DNA of 64,000 nucleotides from NCBI RefSeq assembly GCF_009914755.1, contig NC_060936.1; one strand, given 5' to 3'. The position numbers and the translations under genes are program-made. Every line of letters starts with the position of its first letter. Position 1 is the first letter of the stretch. This document shows, piece by piece, positions 37,634 through 49,931 of this stretch. This DNA is from the human T2T-CHM13v2.0 reference genome, Homo sapiens. The notes below the pieces were generated by a model that was given only the letters and a program-made list of their open reading frames with translations, ran no database searches and was not told the origin of the DNA.

Positions 37634-38410
37634 GGGCTGCTACAGAGGCTTGTTCACGTTGTACCCTGACCAACACTAACAAGTGATACAGGAGCTAAAA
37701 AGAAATTATTTAGGCAGTTAGCGAGCAGAAGAGAGTCCTTGGTAAGGCTTCTCTTTTAACAAAAAGCACACCCTAAATCATTTCTTTTCTCACAAAGAAC
37801 AGCCTGTACAACTGAGCTGCAGACATAAATAAGCAAACTGGAAGCTTGCATAGGTAAATGCCGGCAGTTGTGCCAATAGAAAAGGGATACCTGGAAGCCA
37901 GGTATATTCAATGTGGAGGGTCCCTCTTTCCTTTTCTTTGTCACCAAGTGTGCAGTAAAAAGCAGGCAACATGGCACTGGCCAGGTAGAGAATCCATCTG
38001 CATAATAAAGGAGTAGGGTGGGTTGGCCAGCTTCTTTGCAAGCTATGCAAACGGCACACCTGGTCTGACCAATCTCTAGTGCTCTGTATTAATCACACAC
38101 CACCTCCTCAAGCTCATCTATAAAACCCCATGCATTTCATTGTGGAACCAGAAGATCCAGTGGGGAGCACTTCTTTCTTTGCAGGAGAAAGAGCTTTTTT
38201 TTCTGTTTTCTCTCGCCTATTAAACCTCTGTTCTTAAACTCACTTCTCATGTGTCCACGTCCTCGATTTCCTTGGCATGAGATGGAAAACCTTGGGGATT
38301 TACTCCAGACAATGAGGCTGCTTCAGAAGCATCTTTTATATGATCATGTATGTGAATGGTGCCTCCTTATTTGAGTAGTGCACAACCTATGCAACTATAT
38401 CTGGTGACCT
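37634..38410. mobile_element. MER91-like hAT-Tip100 element split by LTR9
   Basis: Left flank 'ggctgctacagaggcttgttcacgttgtaccctg'; right flank 'tgtgaatggtgcctcc...gtgcacaacctatgcaactatatctggtgacct'. Confidence 0.5.
37684..38325 (+). mobile_element. LTR9-family ERV1 solo LTR
   Basis: 'tgatacaggagctaaaaagaaattatttaggcag' to 'ccagacaatgaggctgcttca'; CCAAT near 38069, TATAAAA 38119-38125, ATTAAA 38219-38224. Confidence 0.85.
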
Positions 38411-38475
38411 TCACAGCATTTCCATTTCCGGCCTTTTCTCATTATGCTTTTGTTATTTCCTCACTTAGAAAGCCC

Positions 38476-38615
38476 TCATGCATCAAATACAGAAGTGTCT
38501 ACTGAGAACCTGCCTTGCAATTTTCCCTTTGTTGGGATCTAATGACAGAGCCATGAACATAATATTATCTCAAACTTCAAAGATTTCCAGTCTGCTGCAA
38601 GAGGCAGACGTAAAC
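38476..38615 (-). mobile_element. L2 fragment
   Basis: 'tctactgagaacctgcc...gacagagccatgaac...ccagtctgctgcaagaggcagacgtaaac'. Confidence 0.4.
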
Positions 38616-39418
38616 AGCAACTTTCTGTTAGTTATTGGCAAAGAAATGGTACACTGGGAGCTAAACCTATGGTACCAAGAAGTAATAGGAAACAGATTCC
38701 TCACCCCTGAGCTGTGAGACAGGCCACATGGACATTTCAAAACCAACAATGACCAGTGAGGTGACTCAGCCTTGTTGAAGATAAGTCAGGGTAGGGCAAT
38801 GGAGGACTGGAAAGGAGGGTTTCTTTGGACAGAGCTGGGCTTCCGGTTTCACCTCACCTCCAGCAGGAAGCACAGGGAGCCAGCCCCTAAGCCCAGGCCA
38901 GTGGGAACAGCTCCACCAGCACTTGCAGGCCTGGCCACGTGTCCCACGCAGTGAGGCAGGCACAGAGGACAGGTGCCCGACTCACATTGAGAAGGCGAGA
39001 AAAAGCTAGGGATGGCTGAACAGAGGGCTGCACCAGGGGGAACAGGGGAGAGAATGTGTCCCTCTGTCGTGGGCTAAAGTTGTGTGACCCTTGGAACCCA
39101 CTGTAGACCCCATTATAGATGTAAAAATACCTGCCTGGGGATGCTTAGAATGAAGTCCTGCCCAAGAGGACAGCATGCCTGGGTAAAAAAGACACCAACT
39201 ATTTTGCTGGTGGCAGAAGCTAAGGGGGCTAGATGTAGATCACAAAGGAAAGAAATTCATTTCTTTCTTTCACAGATAAATTGTGTTTCACCAAGAAAAC
39301 ACAATTTGTGTGATTTATACAAATGGTAGATCACAATTTACCTGTTCCAAGAAAATTTGGCTGGATGGCCGAGAAGGGGCAGAGCTTCATGACAGATAAT
39401 CTAGGTAAGAATGATCCA

Positions 39419-39738
39419 GACCGAGTGCGGTGGCTCACGCCTGTAATTCCAGCACTATGGGAGGCAGAGGTGGGCAGTTCACCTGAGGTCAGGAGTTTGA
39501 GACCAGCCTGGCCAACATGGGGAAACCCTGCCTCTACTAAAAATACAAAAATTAGCTGGGTGTGGTGGTGGGATCCTGTAATCCCAGCTGAGGCTCCCGA
39601 GGCTGAGGCAGGAGAAACGCTTGAACCCAGGGGATGGAGGTTGCAGTGAGCTGAGATCACACTATTGCACTCTAGCCTGGGTGAAAGAATGAAACTCCTT
39701 CTCGAAAAAAAAAAAAAAAGAAAGAAAAAGAAAAAAAA
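39419..39738 (+). mobile_element. AluSx-like
   Basis: Sense dimer with A-rich tail; TSD 'gaatgatcca' at 39409-39418 and 39740-39749. Confidence 0.94.
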
Positions 39739-40496
39739 GGAATGATCCAAACTAAGTTAGGTGGTGTCCTGCAGTAGAGAGAATGTTCACTCCAGCACAC
39801 ATTCAAGAAAGAGTTAGGAATAAACATCATCCTGCATTCAACCTTAAGAATCCCCTTCTCCATTAAGATTTCCAGGGGGTTCCCATCTTCCTCCTGTTTC
39901 CTGCATTTTGAGTGTGAAATATTTTATTTATTAAAATTAACAATTGAATTTTAATATTTAGTATACTTCATTGAGCCTGAAATGCCAACTATAAATTACA
40001 ATATTAGTTTTATGGACTACAAAGAATGAATACTGTCAATTCTCATTCAGATGCCATTCAAACATAAGATGGTTTGCAATTTCTGTGATCTTAAGGTGTG
40101 ACAAAACATGAATTTTAGAATGACTGAAATATGTTGTTACTTTGATTTTTATGTTTACCTGATTTCTGTCTCCAGCAAATCTATGAGTTACTTGAGAACA
40201 TGGACCTTGATTTATATTGCTGTAAACTTATAGAATAGGTAGTAAACTCATGGATAACAGATTATTTGAACTATAAGTCAGACCACTTGAAAGGAATATC
40301 AAATGTTTTAACATGTCATGAGTCACTCTCACCATTTTAATATGAAAATATAAATTTTTAAAAAGAAAACCTGAAAAGGAAAAACATGGCAAGGATAATT
40401 GCTTTAAAAACATCAAAGATGGGCAATTACAAATGTACAGATTCAAATAACCCAATACGGCTTGTTAGATAAACAATTCCCTAACAATTTCCCATG

Positions 40497-41351
40497 GTAT
40501 TTGTCATGGTTCTCTAGAGAAGCAGAACCAATAGGGTGTGTGTGTGTGTGTGTGTATACAATCTGCCCTCTGCAAGCTGGAGACCCAAGAAAGCTGGGGG
40601 TACAGTTTGAATCCCTGAGAGCCTGAAGCCGATTGTGTAGATTGAAGTCTGAGTCTGGAGGTCTGGGAACCACGAGCATAGAGGGCAGAAGATTAATGCC
40701 CCACCTTAAGCATCAGGTGAAGTTAATTCAATTTTCCTCTGCCTTTTTTCCAATGTAGGCCCTCTGTGTATTGGACCGTGTCCACCTACCATGAGGAGGA
40801 TGTCTGCTTTACTTAGTTCACAGATTCACATTCTAGTTTCTTCTAGAAACACCCTTACCAACACACGAAGCATAATGCTTAACCAATGCATTAGTCCATT
40901 CTCACACTGCTGTAAAGAAATACCTGAGACTGGGTTATTTATAAAGAAAAATGGTTTAATTGGCTCACAGTTCCACAGGTTGTACAGGAAGCATGGCGGC
41001 GTCTGGGGAGGCCTCAGGAAACTTCCAATCATGGTGAAGGCGAAGGGGAAGCAGGGACATCTTGCATGACCAGAGTGGGAGGAAGAGCGAGATGGGGGAG
41101 GTGCCACACACTTTGAAACAACCAAATCTGGTGAGAAGTCACTCACTAGACAGTACCAATGGGGGATGGTGTTAAACCATTCATGAAAACTCCACCCTCA
41201 TGAGCCAATCACCTCCCATCAGGTCCTGCCTCCCACATTGGGAATAGTAATTCAACGTGAGATTTGGGTGGAGACACAGATCCAAACCATACCAACCTGC
41301 TATCTGGGCATCTCATGGCCCAACCAGGTTGACACATAAAAGCAACCATCA
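40497..41351 (-). mobile_element. MLT2B-type ERVL LTR interrupted by MSTA
   Basis: 'ggttctctagagaagcagaaccaatagg(tg)n...tctgcaagctggagacccaagaaagctgg' and terminus 'gttgacacataaaagcaaccatcac'. Confidence 0.85.
40887..41294 (-). mobile_element. MSTA-like solo LTR
   Basis: 'cattagtccattctcacactgctgtaaagaaatacctgagactggg...gagatttgggtggagacacagatccaaaccatacca'. Confidence 0.88.
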
Positions 41352-42650
41352 CTCACATTTCTCTACTCAGAGATAAGCATTTTCTACTCTTTTAAGCTAT
41401 TTTGTTTTTAAAGTGATTTCTACATCGTAATATATTTTGATTATATCCCTAGGTCTTCATCTCTTCTTTAATATTTTCTTCTCTCTACATGGCCTCTAAT
41501 TTCTAATAAGGGGATCCTTTTACCTCTCCACTTCAAATGATTTCTGTAGACCTCAATCTTCTTTGCAGTACTAGCTCAGCAACTATGTTAAACACACTCT
41601 CACTCACTCACCTCATAGAAAATGATACATCTGCCAAATGATGGGTTTTTGGTATGTTTTACAAGTTTTACACTAAATAAGCTCAAAATGTGTTGGGCAA
41701 GTTAAAAAGAAACATTACAGGGAAAGTTTCTACCCCTCCCTTTCTCTGCTTTGCAGTGTTTGGTCTATGGGAGAGAGAAGAAAAGAGAAAGAGAGAACGA
41801 AAAGGGGAAATGGTACTCTAAAATATGATGAATTCACCCTTGTGGATGATAAGCCAGCCATCTTTTAAAATTATAATCCTCTATTTGCATTTTCTAAAGA
41901 CATATATTATTTCACTCCAACAACTTTACCCTTTCTCCAAAGCTATAACCTCACTTTTATTTTCCTAAAAGTTGCCTTTTATACTTTCTTAGAAACTCAA
42001 ATTTTATCTTAAGTTTACAGTGATTGCTATCTTGTTCCCTGAAAAATGAGGGTTAAGGGGAAAAAAAAAACGGATGACTGAGCTCACGAGATCTTACACA
42101 AAGAGATTAATTGCTACCACTCTAAGGACTTGGGTAGAGTATGAGATGAGTAATCCGCAGAAGGCGGAGGAAACCAGAGCTGGCAGTGTTTCAACCGTCG
42201 AACATCTGGGCATTTGTAAATATTCTCGCACTGGAATGGTAAATTGGGAGCAACCATCTGGATGTTAGGCTAAAATTTTCATTTTTTTAAGATGGATTTT
42301 TAAGACCGCTATATAAAACCTTCCAGCTTTTCTCTTCATTCTTCTAGTTTTTAGTAGCAGCAGGGCATGTTGCAATAAATTCCACAATATTTTAACAATG
42401 CGATAGTGGGTCTCTCTTTATCCCACAACTGCCTGTAGCTTATGATTACACAAGTCTTTACTGGATTTAAACTTTGATATGCTCCTGTCCCCCAGGCTGA
42501 ATTTTCTTTTGAAGTTTCCATGCAGTTAATACTGATCTTGTTCTTAAAAACGTGTCTGGGATTCACCTTCTAGATGGTGTCTCTACCACAGACAATCTTT
42601 TGGTAAGATTCCAATTCCTGTCTGTTGCTTCTGTTCCTAGATGTTTTTTG

Positions 42651-42653
<3 letters not shown>

Positions 42654-42682
<29 letters not shown>
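42654..42682. repeat. (TG)n microsatellite
   Basis: About 14 units. Confidence 0.95.
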
Positions 42683-42685
<3 letters not shown>

Positions 42686-43096
42686 AATTTATGAAGTTGT
42701 TCTGAAATGTCTTTAGACCCTTAATGCCATCAGCATCTTTAAGGAGATTCTAAACACATCTTTCTCTAAACTTTTAGGAGGGATGCTGTGGTGACCCCAA
42801 TGCCACGATGGGTGTAATCCGGTCCAAAATAATTCAACCATCACAAACTGTGGGTTTAAGTTTCTTAGCACATTTAGTTTACTTGCAGTCTCTGGGGGGA
42901 GGTGTGTATTTTTGTCCCACAAAGCCTGCTCTGAGGAGGAAAGGAATGTTTTCCTTTTAGTGTTTGCTGCCTCACCCTGGGTCTTATTTGTGACTTTCTG
43001 AGCAGGCTGAAATGCGTGGGTGAGTCCAACTGAATGTCTTTCTTCATGACAGCCACCGACAAGGTGAATGGAAAAGAAAATGGAAAAGAGAGAGGG

Positions 43097-43459
43097 TATA
43101 TTAGTCTGTTTTCACGCTGCTGGTAAAGACATACCAGAGACTGGGTAATTTATAAAGTAAAAGAGTTTTAACGGATTCACAGTTCCATGTGGCTGGGGAC
43201 GTCTCACAGTCATGGTGGAAGGAGAAAGGCACTTCTTACATGGCTGTGGCAAGACAGAATCAGACAGCCAAACAAACGGGGTTTCCCCTTATAAAACCAT
43301 CAGATCTCATGAGACTTTTTCACTATCAGGAGAACAGTATGAGGGAAACCACCCCCAAGTTTCAATTATCTCCCACCTGGTCCCTCTTACAACATGTGGG
43401 AATTATGGGAGCTATAATTCGAGGTGAGATTCGGGTGGGGACACAGCCAAACCATATCA
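43097..43459 (-). mobile_element. THE1B-like solo LTR
   Basis: Termini 'tatattagtctg' and 'cagccaaaccatatca'; 5-bp TSD 'gaggg' at 43092-43096 and 43460-43464. Confidence 0.92.
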
Positions 43460-43492
43460 GAGGGAGAGAGAGACACACACACAGATTGTCTT

Positions 43493-43761
43493 CAGGAAGT
43501 CACCCTATGTAGTCTAAAAAGGGGAGGCATGAATAATCCAACACTTGTTTAGCAAATTATCAATAAATAACCATAAAAATGGGCAACCAGCAGCCCTTGG
43601 GGCTGCTGTGTTGCTGCAGGGTCTGTGGAATAGCCATCCTTTTATTCCTTTACTTTCTTAATAAACTTGCTTTCACTTTATGAACTTGACCTGAATTATT
43701 TCTTGCTTGAGATCCAGGAAGCCTCTCTTGGGGTCTGGATCCAGACCCCTTTCCAGTAACA
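43493..43761 (+). mobile_element. MER41 (MER41A-like) LTR, 3' half only
   Basis: 'gtctaaaaaggggaggcatgaataatcc...ctttcttaataaacttgctttcacttta...ctctcttggggtctggatccagacccctttccagtaaca'. Confidence 0.85.
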
Positions 43762-44413
43762 CTAAGAACTCGCTCATCCTCTCTTGGCAGGTCCTGGCCA
43801 GGTGGTCCTGAGGATCCTGCCAGGAAGAGATGGCTGCTCCTTGGCCACTCTTGCTTTATTACTGGCCTTGGGACATCGTCAGAATGGACATATTTTGACA
43901 TCCTCGGTATGTGAACATACTGAGGAATGAATCAGCAACATTTATGTCATCAACTGGGCCACGGCTTCCAAAAGATCAGAGCCCTTTGCATTGGCAAATA
44001 CACCCTATCTCATTGATCTGTGATAATTCATGGGAAAACACACAGCTCTCTGCACATCATCTGTCCTATTTTTTCCTGTCTCAATCTTGGAACTCTAAAC
44101 AAAAAGCTGCCCAGTTATGATGACCGTGAATGGCCCACAACTAAATTACAGGGCATGAGGTTATCAGAAAGGACAATGTTTTAAGCAGGCCATGTCATGA
44201 TTGCGTGTGAGATTGGAGATGAACTGCTGCAAACTCAGTCCTGGTTCAAATCAGTAATCATTACATTAGCTTTACACATTTTGAGATATTAAAACACATA
44301 TCAATGGGCAGAGAAAAACATTAAATTTGCCAAATTTGTAGTTTGACGAATTGGCTTCAGATCCCTACAAAAAGAAAAAGAAAAGCCTTCTGGCATTATA
44401 TTTTCATAATTGA

Positions 44414-44710
44414 TTTTATTTTTATTTTTAGATGAAGTCTTCCTCTGTCACCCGGGCTGGAGTGCAGTGGCACAATCTCAGCTCACTGCAACCTCCGCCT
44501 CCTGGATTCAAGTGATTTTCCCGCCTCAGCCTCCTGAGTATCTGGAATTACAGGCATGAGCCATCTTGCCTAGCTAATTTTTGTATTTTTAGTAGAGACA
44601 GGGTTTTGCCATGTTGGCCAGGCTGGTCTTAAACTTCTGACTTCAAACAATTCACCTGCCTCAGCCTCCCAAAGTGCTGGGATTACAGGCGTGAGCCACC
44701 AAGCCTGGCC
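44414..44710 (-). mobile_element. AluS (Sz/Sx-like)
   Basis: Complete antisense dimer with T-rich tail. Confidence 0.93.
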
Positions 44711-45164
44711 TAATATTTATTTTTATCCTTCAGTTGATTATAATGAATCTTTACCTTTAATTTGAAGTGAGAATATGCTGAAAATATATAGATATCATCT
44801 TTATTGTATTGAACCAACTAATTATTTTTAAAGCAGGATTTATACTTTAGAAAAAGAGTATCCATGTTCTTTTCTTAAATTAACCAAGTCCTTGATACAA
44901 ATACTCTCCAAACTCTAACTTCATGCATAGTACTCTACTGAGAATTTTGGTAGATTAGTTCTTGATCTTCAGAAAGTCGTAGTACATTTGTATGTTTATA
45001 TATATATATATATTTTATAAATACATAATGTGTGTATATATAAATGAACACTTGCAAATATATAGTATATAAATGTAAAATACTTATAACATGTACTTAG
45101 AATAATAGAGCAATTAGAAATATTATTATTTGAATATTATTAACGTGTTAATTTTTAATAATAT

Positions 45165-45530
45165 AATAATAATTGAGGAACAATTAAGTACCAGGTATTG
45201 TGCTAATTGTTTAATATGCATTATCTAATTTATTCCATCCAGCAATTATTCCGTCCAGCAATAATTATTAATTATTACTATTAAAAATAGATGTAGTTAT
45301 TATACATCTATTTTAATAGTTATTGGACTGAATAAATGCGATGTATGCCTGGATGTATAAACAGCTACAAACACAGAAGAGTTCATGCACAGAAGCCTAG
45401 GTTATTGTTATACCTATTTTACAAATGAGAAAAAAAGAAAAGTTGATTTGTCTGAGGTCGTACAACTAGTATGCAGCAGCTGCCAGAATGAAATCCAGTT
45501 CCCTCTGACTCTGAAGCTGTGCTCCTCACC
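45165..45530 (-). mobile_element. MIR with an AT-rich internal insertion
   Basis: 'gtaccaggtattgtgctaattgtttaatatgcattatctaattta' then about 170 nt of non-MIR, then 'cctattttacaaatgagaaaa...tctgactctgaagctgtgctc'. Confidence 0.6.
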
Positions 45531-48323
45531 AGGGTAGAGAGAATTAGAACAGTCCATTCCCCAGAGCAGAAACTGTGGGTAGGCGCCAGGAGGGCCACTT
45601 GAAGTGGCGTCTGTCATTCAAGAAGGATCTTGAAGACGACTCACAGCATTATCTGCCAGGGAGACCGTGTCCCCAGAAGGATGGAAAAAAGACAGCTGGC
45701 AGCCATAAACCAACCTTAAAACACACACATAGGACCTGGCAACAAAATCTGCAGTGCACTGCGAGTCACTGTGTCTTAAGGGGTATAATTACATGTTGCT
45801 AGCACAAGTACGTACACATACATTCATCTATTTAAAGTATTAATTTAGAGATTGTAAGCATTTGAAATACACGACAGTTTCTGTAATCCTATATTAGCAT
45901 TTCGCCATTAAAAAAAAACCCAGCTTATCAGGTCAAGAAATAGAATCATCTGGGCCTTCACCCACCTCTGATGGCCTGATCCATGAGTAAGCTGCTGATG
46001 CTGGGACGGAAATTGCATGTAAATGATGGGGACGTTGGTGCTGGGGAAGTGGAGTGAAACTGGACATGTTCAGCATTTGTTCGTCCAAATATAATTGCAG
46101 ATGTGTAACCACCTACAAGCACAGGAGAGTCCATGCACAGAAGCCCAGATCCCCAGCAGCCTCATCTTCCCTTGAGCAAAACTTTTCTTCTCCATCATGA
46201 GATGAAGGAACCCCAACCCCTCCATCAGGTAGAGAGGATGCTGGGGAAGAAAGGGGCCCTCTGCCTGCACAGGTCATCGAGCGGCAGCCGACAGGGAGAG
46301 GTCACTGGGCAGGCAGAGTGGCCACACCCATATCCCCAGTTCAGCAGCAGTGTCCTGAAGATCCCACAATCCAAGTGGCAGGTGGAGGTGGAGCTGCCCA
46401 GCCCTGTGGCTCAGAGATGGCCGGCAGACACCCGCCCAGGGACACAGCTCAAGATAACCCTCAGACTTGACAGATAGTGCTGGTCTCAGCCACACAGTTA
46501 TTCCATTGAGCCCTTTAATATCTTTCACTTTAGGAATCAAAACATTTAGTGCGCTCCATTTTAATCAGAGATGGGGCTGTGCCTCCTATTTGGATGCTAT
46601 TTCAAAATAAATAAAATATTGCCCACAGCAGGTTTGACACATAGTTCAAAAATTGACTGCTGAATGGTGATATTGTTTTTATGTGTTTTTAAAAGGATGG
46701 TGTTTTTCAGGTTTAAAACATTAATTGGTCAGAGTGTATATCTTAGCTTCTGAACATGAAACACTGTTTGATGTAGCGATTGAAGCGTTAAAGCAATTTC
46801 TCCTGAAACTCTATAGATCTCAGTTCCTGTTCAGTGTTTCTCTAAACAAAATATTAGAAGGCAAATGTTCTATCTTCTAAGGTGGAATATTAGTTTTAGT
46901 GTCAGGTATTTTCTAAATGAAGTGTTTGTTACTTTCTCTGAGGTTTAAGTAAATGCTTTTTCTTTGATACGTAGGTACTTTGAAGATGTTTCCACTTCCC
47001 TTCGAAGATGTTCAATGTCCGTACATAGAATGAAAGGTGCCACCTTCTCCAGCATGAGACATATCCCCATGTGATCCCTTACCACGCAGACTCCTGGCTG
47101 AGTTAGGAAGAAAGAATAGAAGTCAATGCATTCCATTTGTTTTCAAGGCACACCCAAAAAGTATGAACTTAGATATATCACAGAGCTTCCAATTTACCTG
47201 CCTGTATTTACAAAATAAGTGTATGATTTCTCCCGAAACATTATTTTTTGCAAGTTACATGCCAATAACCACCACTGAACATAAGCTGATATTTTTGCTG
47301 AATGAAGGATTGTGAATTATCCTTGTAGCTTTCTTTGACTTCATTACACATTTCAATTACTTCTCTAAACACTGACTGCCGCCATAAAATATCTTTAGTT
47401 CTTTTCCCCTATGAAATGTGCTGCCAATAATAATATTTTACTAGAAAATAATGCAATAAATTAGCATGATCACAACCTAGAATTATATAAAATAATATTT
47501 GCTTTGTATTCAAGTGAACCTTTCCATGGACAGAAACAAGCACCTTGTCATATTTTAAGTAAACATTAATTATGAAAAACAAATTATTTGCAAGGAGGCA
47601 ATACAAAAGTGGACGCTGGAGTTCTATGTTAGAGTAAATATCTGACAGATTTAATATGGAACTTTCTTTTAAAGTCTTAAGTTTTCAGTGCTCTTATTGG
47701 CAAATGATGTATTAGACCTAGTAACGTAAAACACAATGAAATAGATTGTATCTACTGGAAACATTAGTACTCAATAGATCTGATAACTGTGAGTCTAAAT
47801 GTGAAATCTCTACTTTATGAATTATCACAGATGGTATTGTAGATGATGTCTTCACGCTCTTTTGCCAAATAAACTCCTTATTAAAGGAGGCCCTGAGGAT
47901 GATTAAAACAAAATTTAGGGCAATGGTTGCATTAGAGGAAAGCAAAGGAGGAGAAAATTAGAGAAGTGCGCCCAGGAGGCATGAGCAGTATTCGTAATGT
48001 TTTATTTCCAAATTATACCTTATGTGCACCACCATTTGCTATACTATTCTTGATATCTATAACAAGATATTATGTGCGGATTCTTTCAGGACTCAGAAAA
48101 CGATGGATGGCAAGTACTCCCCCTTTCCAAAGTGAGGTGCTGACCACTGGTAATGCAGTAAATCTTGAGGGTATCAAAGGATTGAAATGGAAGAGCCCTG
48201 AAAATTGGACATTAAAAAGGCATTAATTTCAAGAGCATTTTCTCTGTCCTGTAATTTCCCCTCCAGTATGAGATTGTGGTGGGAAGATGCACCTCTCCAC
48301 TTCACCAGGTGTGAGATGAATTT

Positions 48324-48505
48324 TGTTTCAGTTTGATGTCACTCAGAAATAGATCCCGAGACAAGGTTTCAAGTTCTCAGGGTTTATGTGGAAGATAATC
48401 CAGAAAGCACTAGTGGAGAAGTGGGAAAGTGATACAGGAAAGAGAACCAACAAAGGATGTGTTACCCCACTGATGTCAACTGGAGTAGGATCCCACTAGG
48501 ATACG
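48324..48505 (-). mobile_element. ERVL LTR remnant (LTR33/LTR16-like)
   Basis: 'cagaaatagatcccgagacaaggtttcaag...ccagaaagcactagtggagaagtgggaaagtgatacaggaaag'. Confidence 0.5.
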
Positions 48506-48842
48506 CATGGTCCTGGGTTCTCATCTTGGGCAGAACAAAGGTAAGAGGACAACCTGGGCCTTTAGATATGTGATATGGGAGAGACATGACATCTGAAATG
48601 CAGATACCAAAGAAATCAGGGAAACGTAAATCCCTCACGATTTTACAACTAACTTAGGGAGGGCACTGGCCATCCCCATCACAACCATATAGTAATGGCA
48701 AACACAGTGACACAGGTCAAGAGATACATGGTCAACACATTATTATTATTTTATTTTTTAACATTAATATGTGATACTTGCAGATATTCTTTTATTTGGA
48801 ATATCTCCATCTCATTAATTCAACATTATCCAGGGTCAATAA

Positions 48843-49407
48843 TTTTTTTAATTGCTAAATTCACAGTGTTGTAAAATTACCACCTCTATCTAGTTCCAAA
48901 ATATTTTTATCACCCAGCTGGACATGGTGGCTCACGCCTGTAATCCCAGCAATTTGGGAGGCCGAGGTGAGTGAATCACCTGAGGTCAGGAGTTTGAGAC
49001 CAGCCTGGCCAAAATGGTGAAACCCCGTCTCTACTAAAAATGCAAAAATTAGCTGTGCGTGGTGATGTGCACCTGTAATCTCAGATACTTGGGAGGCTGA
49101 GGCAGAAGACTTGCTTGAACCTGGGAGGCAAAGGTTGCAGTGAGCTGAGATCATGCCACTGCATTTCAGGCTGGATGACAGAGCAAGACTCTGTCTCAAA
49201 AAAAAAAAAAAATTCATCATCCAAAAGGAAACCCTGATAATAGCCATTCTCCAACAAGCAGCTACTCCCTAATGACCTCTCCCCATGGCCCCTGATAATT
49301 AGGAATCTGCCTTTTTTTCTCCACAGATCTACCTATTCTGGATGTTTCATATAAATAGAACCATAAATATTGTGACATTTGGTGTCTGGGTTCTGTATCT
49401 TAGCATA
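48843..49407 (-). mobile_element. L1MB-like 3' end, interrupted by Alu
   Basis: 'ctatctagttccaaaatatttttatcaccc' [Alu] 'ccaaaaggaaaccc...cctattctggatgtttcatataaatagaaccata'. Confidence 0.75.
48916..49212 (+). mobile_element. AluSx-like
   Basis: Sense dimer with poly(A). Confidence 0.93.
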
Positions 49408-49424
49408 AAAATATATTTTAAGGC

Positions 49425-49575
49425 AAACAAAAAATTGTTACTACTCAACAAGACAAATAACACAATTAAAAAGTGGGCAAAAGACTTGAACAGATGTTTC
49501 TCCAAACAAAATGGCCAATGAGCACAGAATAACGTTCAACATCTTTAGTCCTTAGGGAAATGCAAATCAAGACCA
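49425..49575 (+). mobile_element. L1M ORF2 3'-region fragment
   Basis: 'caattaaaaagtgggcaaaagacttgaacagatgtttctccaa...agggaaatgcaaatcaagacca'. Confidence 0.75.
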
Positions 49576-49624
49576 GTGATTATTGGAATAAAGTGAATCA
49601 TTGTGCTTAAAGGTTTGATTTACA

Positions 49625-49931
49625 GGCCGGGTGCAGTGGCTCACGCCTGTAATTCCAGCACTTTGGGGGCCGAGGCAGAGGGATCACGAAGTCAGGAGAT
49701 CGAGACCATCCTGGCTAACATGGTGAAACCCCGTCTCTACTAAAAATACAAAAAAAAAAAAAAAATAGCCAGGCGTGGTTGTGGGTGCCTGCCTGTAGTC
49801 CCAGCTACTCAGGAGGCTGAGGCAGGAGAATGGTGTGAACCCAGGAGGCGGAGCTTGCAGTGAGCCGATTTCGAGCCACTGCACTCCAGCCTTGGCGAAG
49901 AGCGAGACTCTGTCTCAAAGAAAAAAAAAAA
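49625..49931 (+). mobile_element. AluY-like
   Basis: Y-type 'gagatcgagaccatcctggctaaca', 'gagaatggtgtgaaccc' and 'gcggagcttgcagtgagccga'; expanded A linker; imperfect TSD ending 'ttaca'. Confidence 0.92.

Noticed and set aside
39323-39750. Alu-derived ORFs here and at 5719, 8706, 16129, 29994, 48861, 55432 and 62810
   Set aside because: Typical Alu translations (e.g. SPRLECSG...[24 protein letters not shown]); no evidence of genes
48843-49575. Possible twin-primed L1MB (antisense 3' end next to a sense ORF2 piece)
   Set aside because: The two pieces appear several hundred nt apart in the recalled consensus, so a single inversion event is not supported
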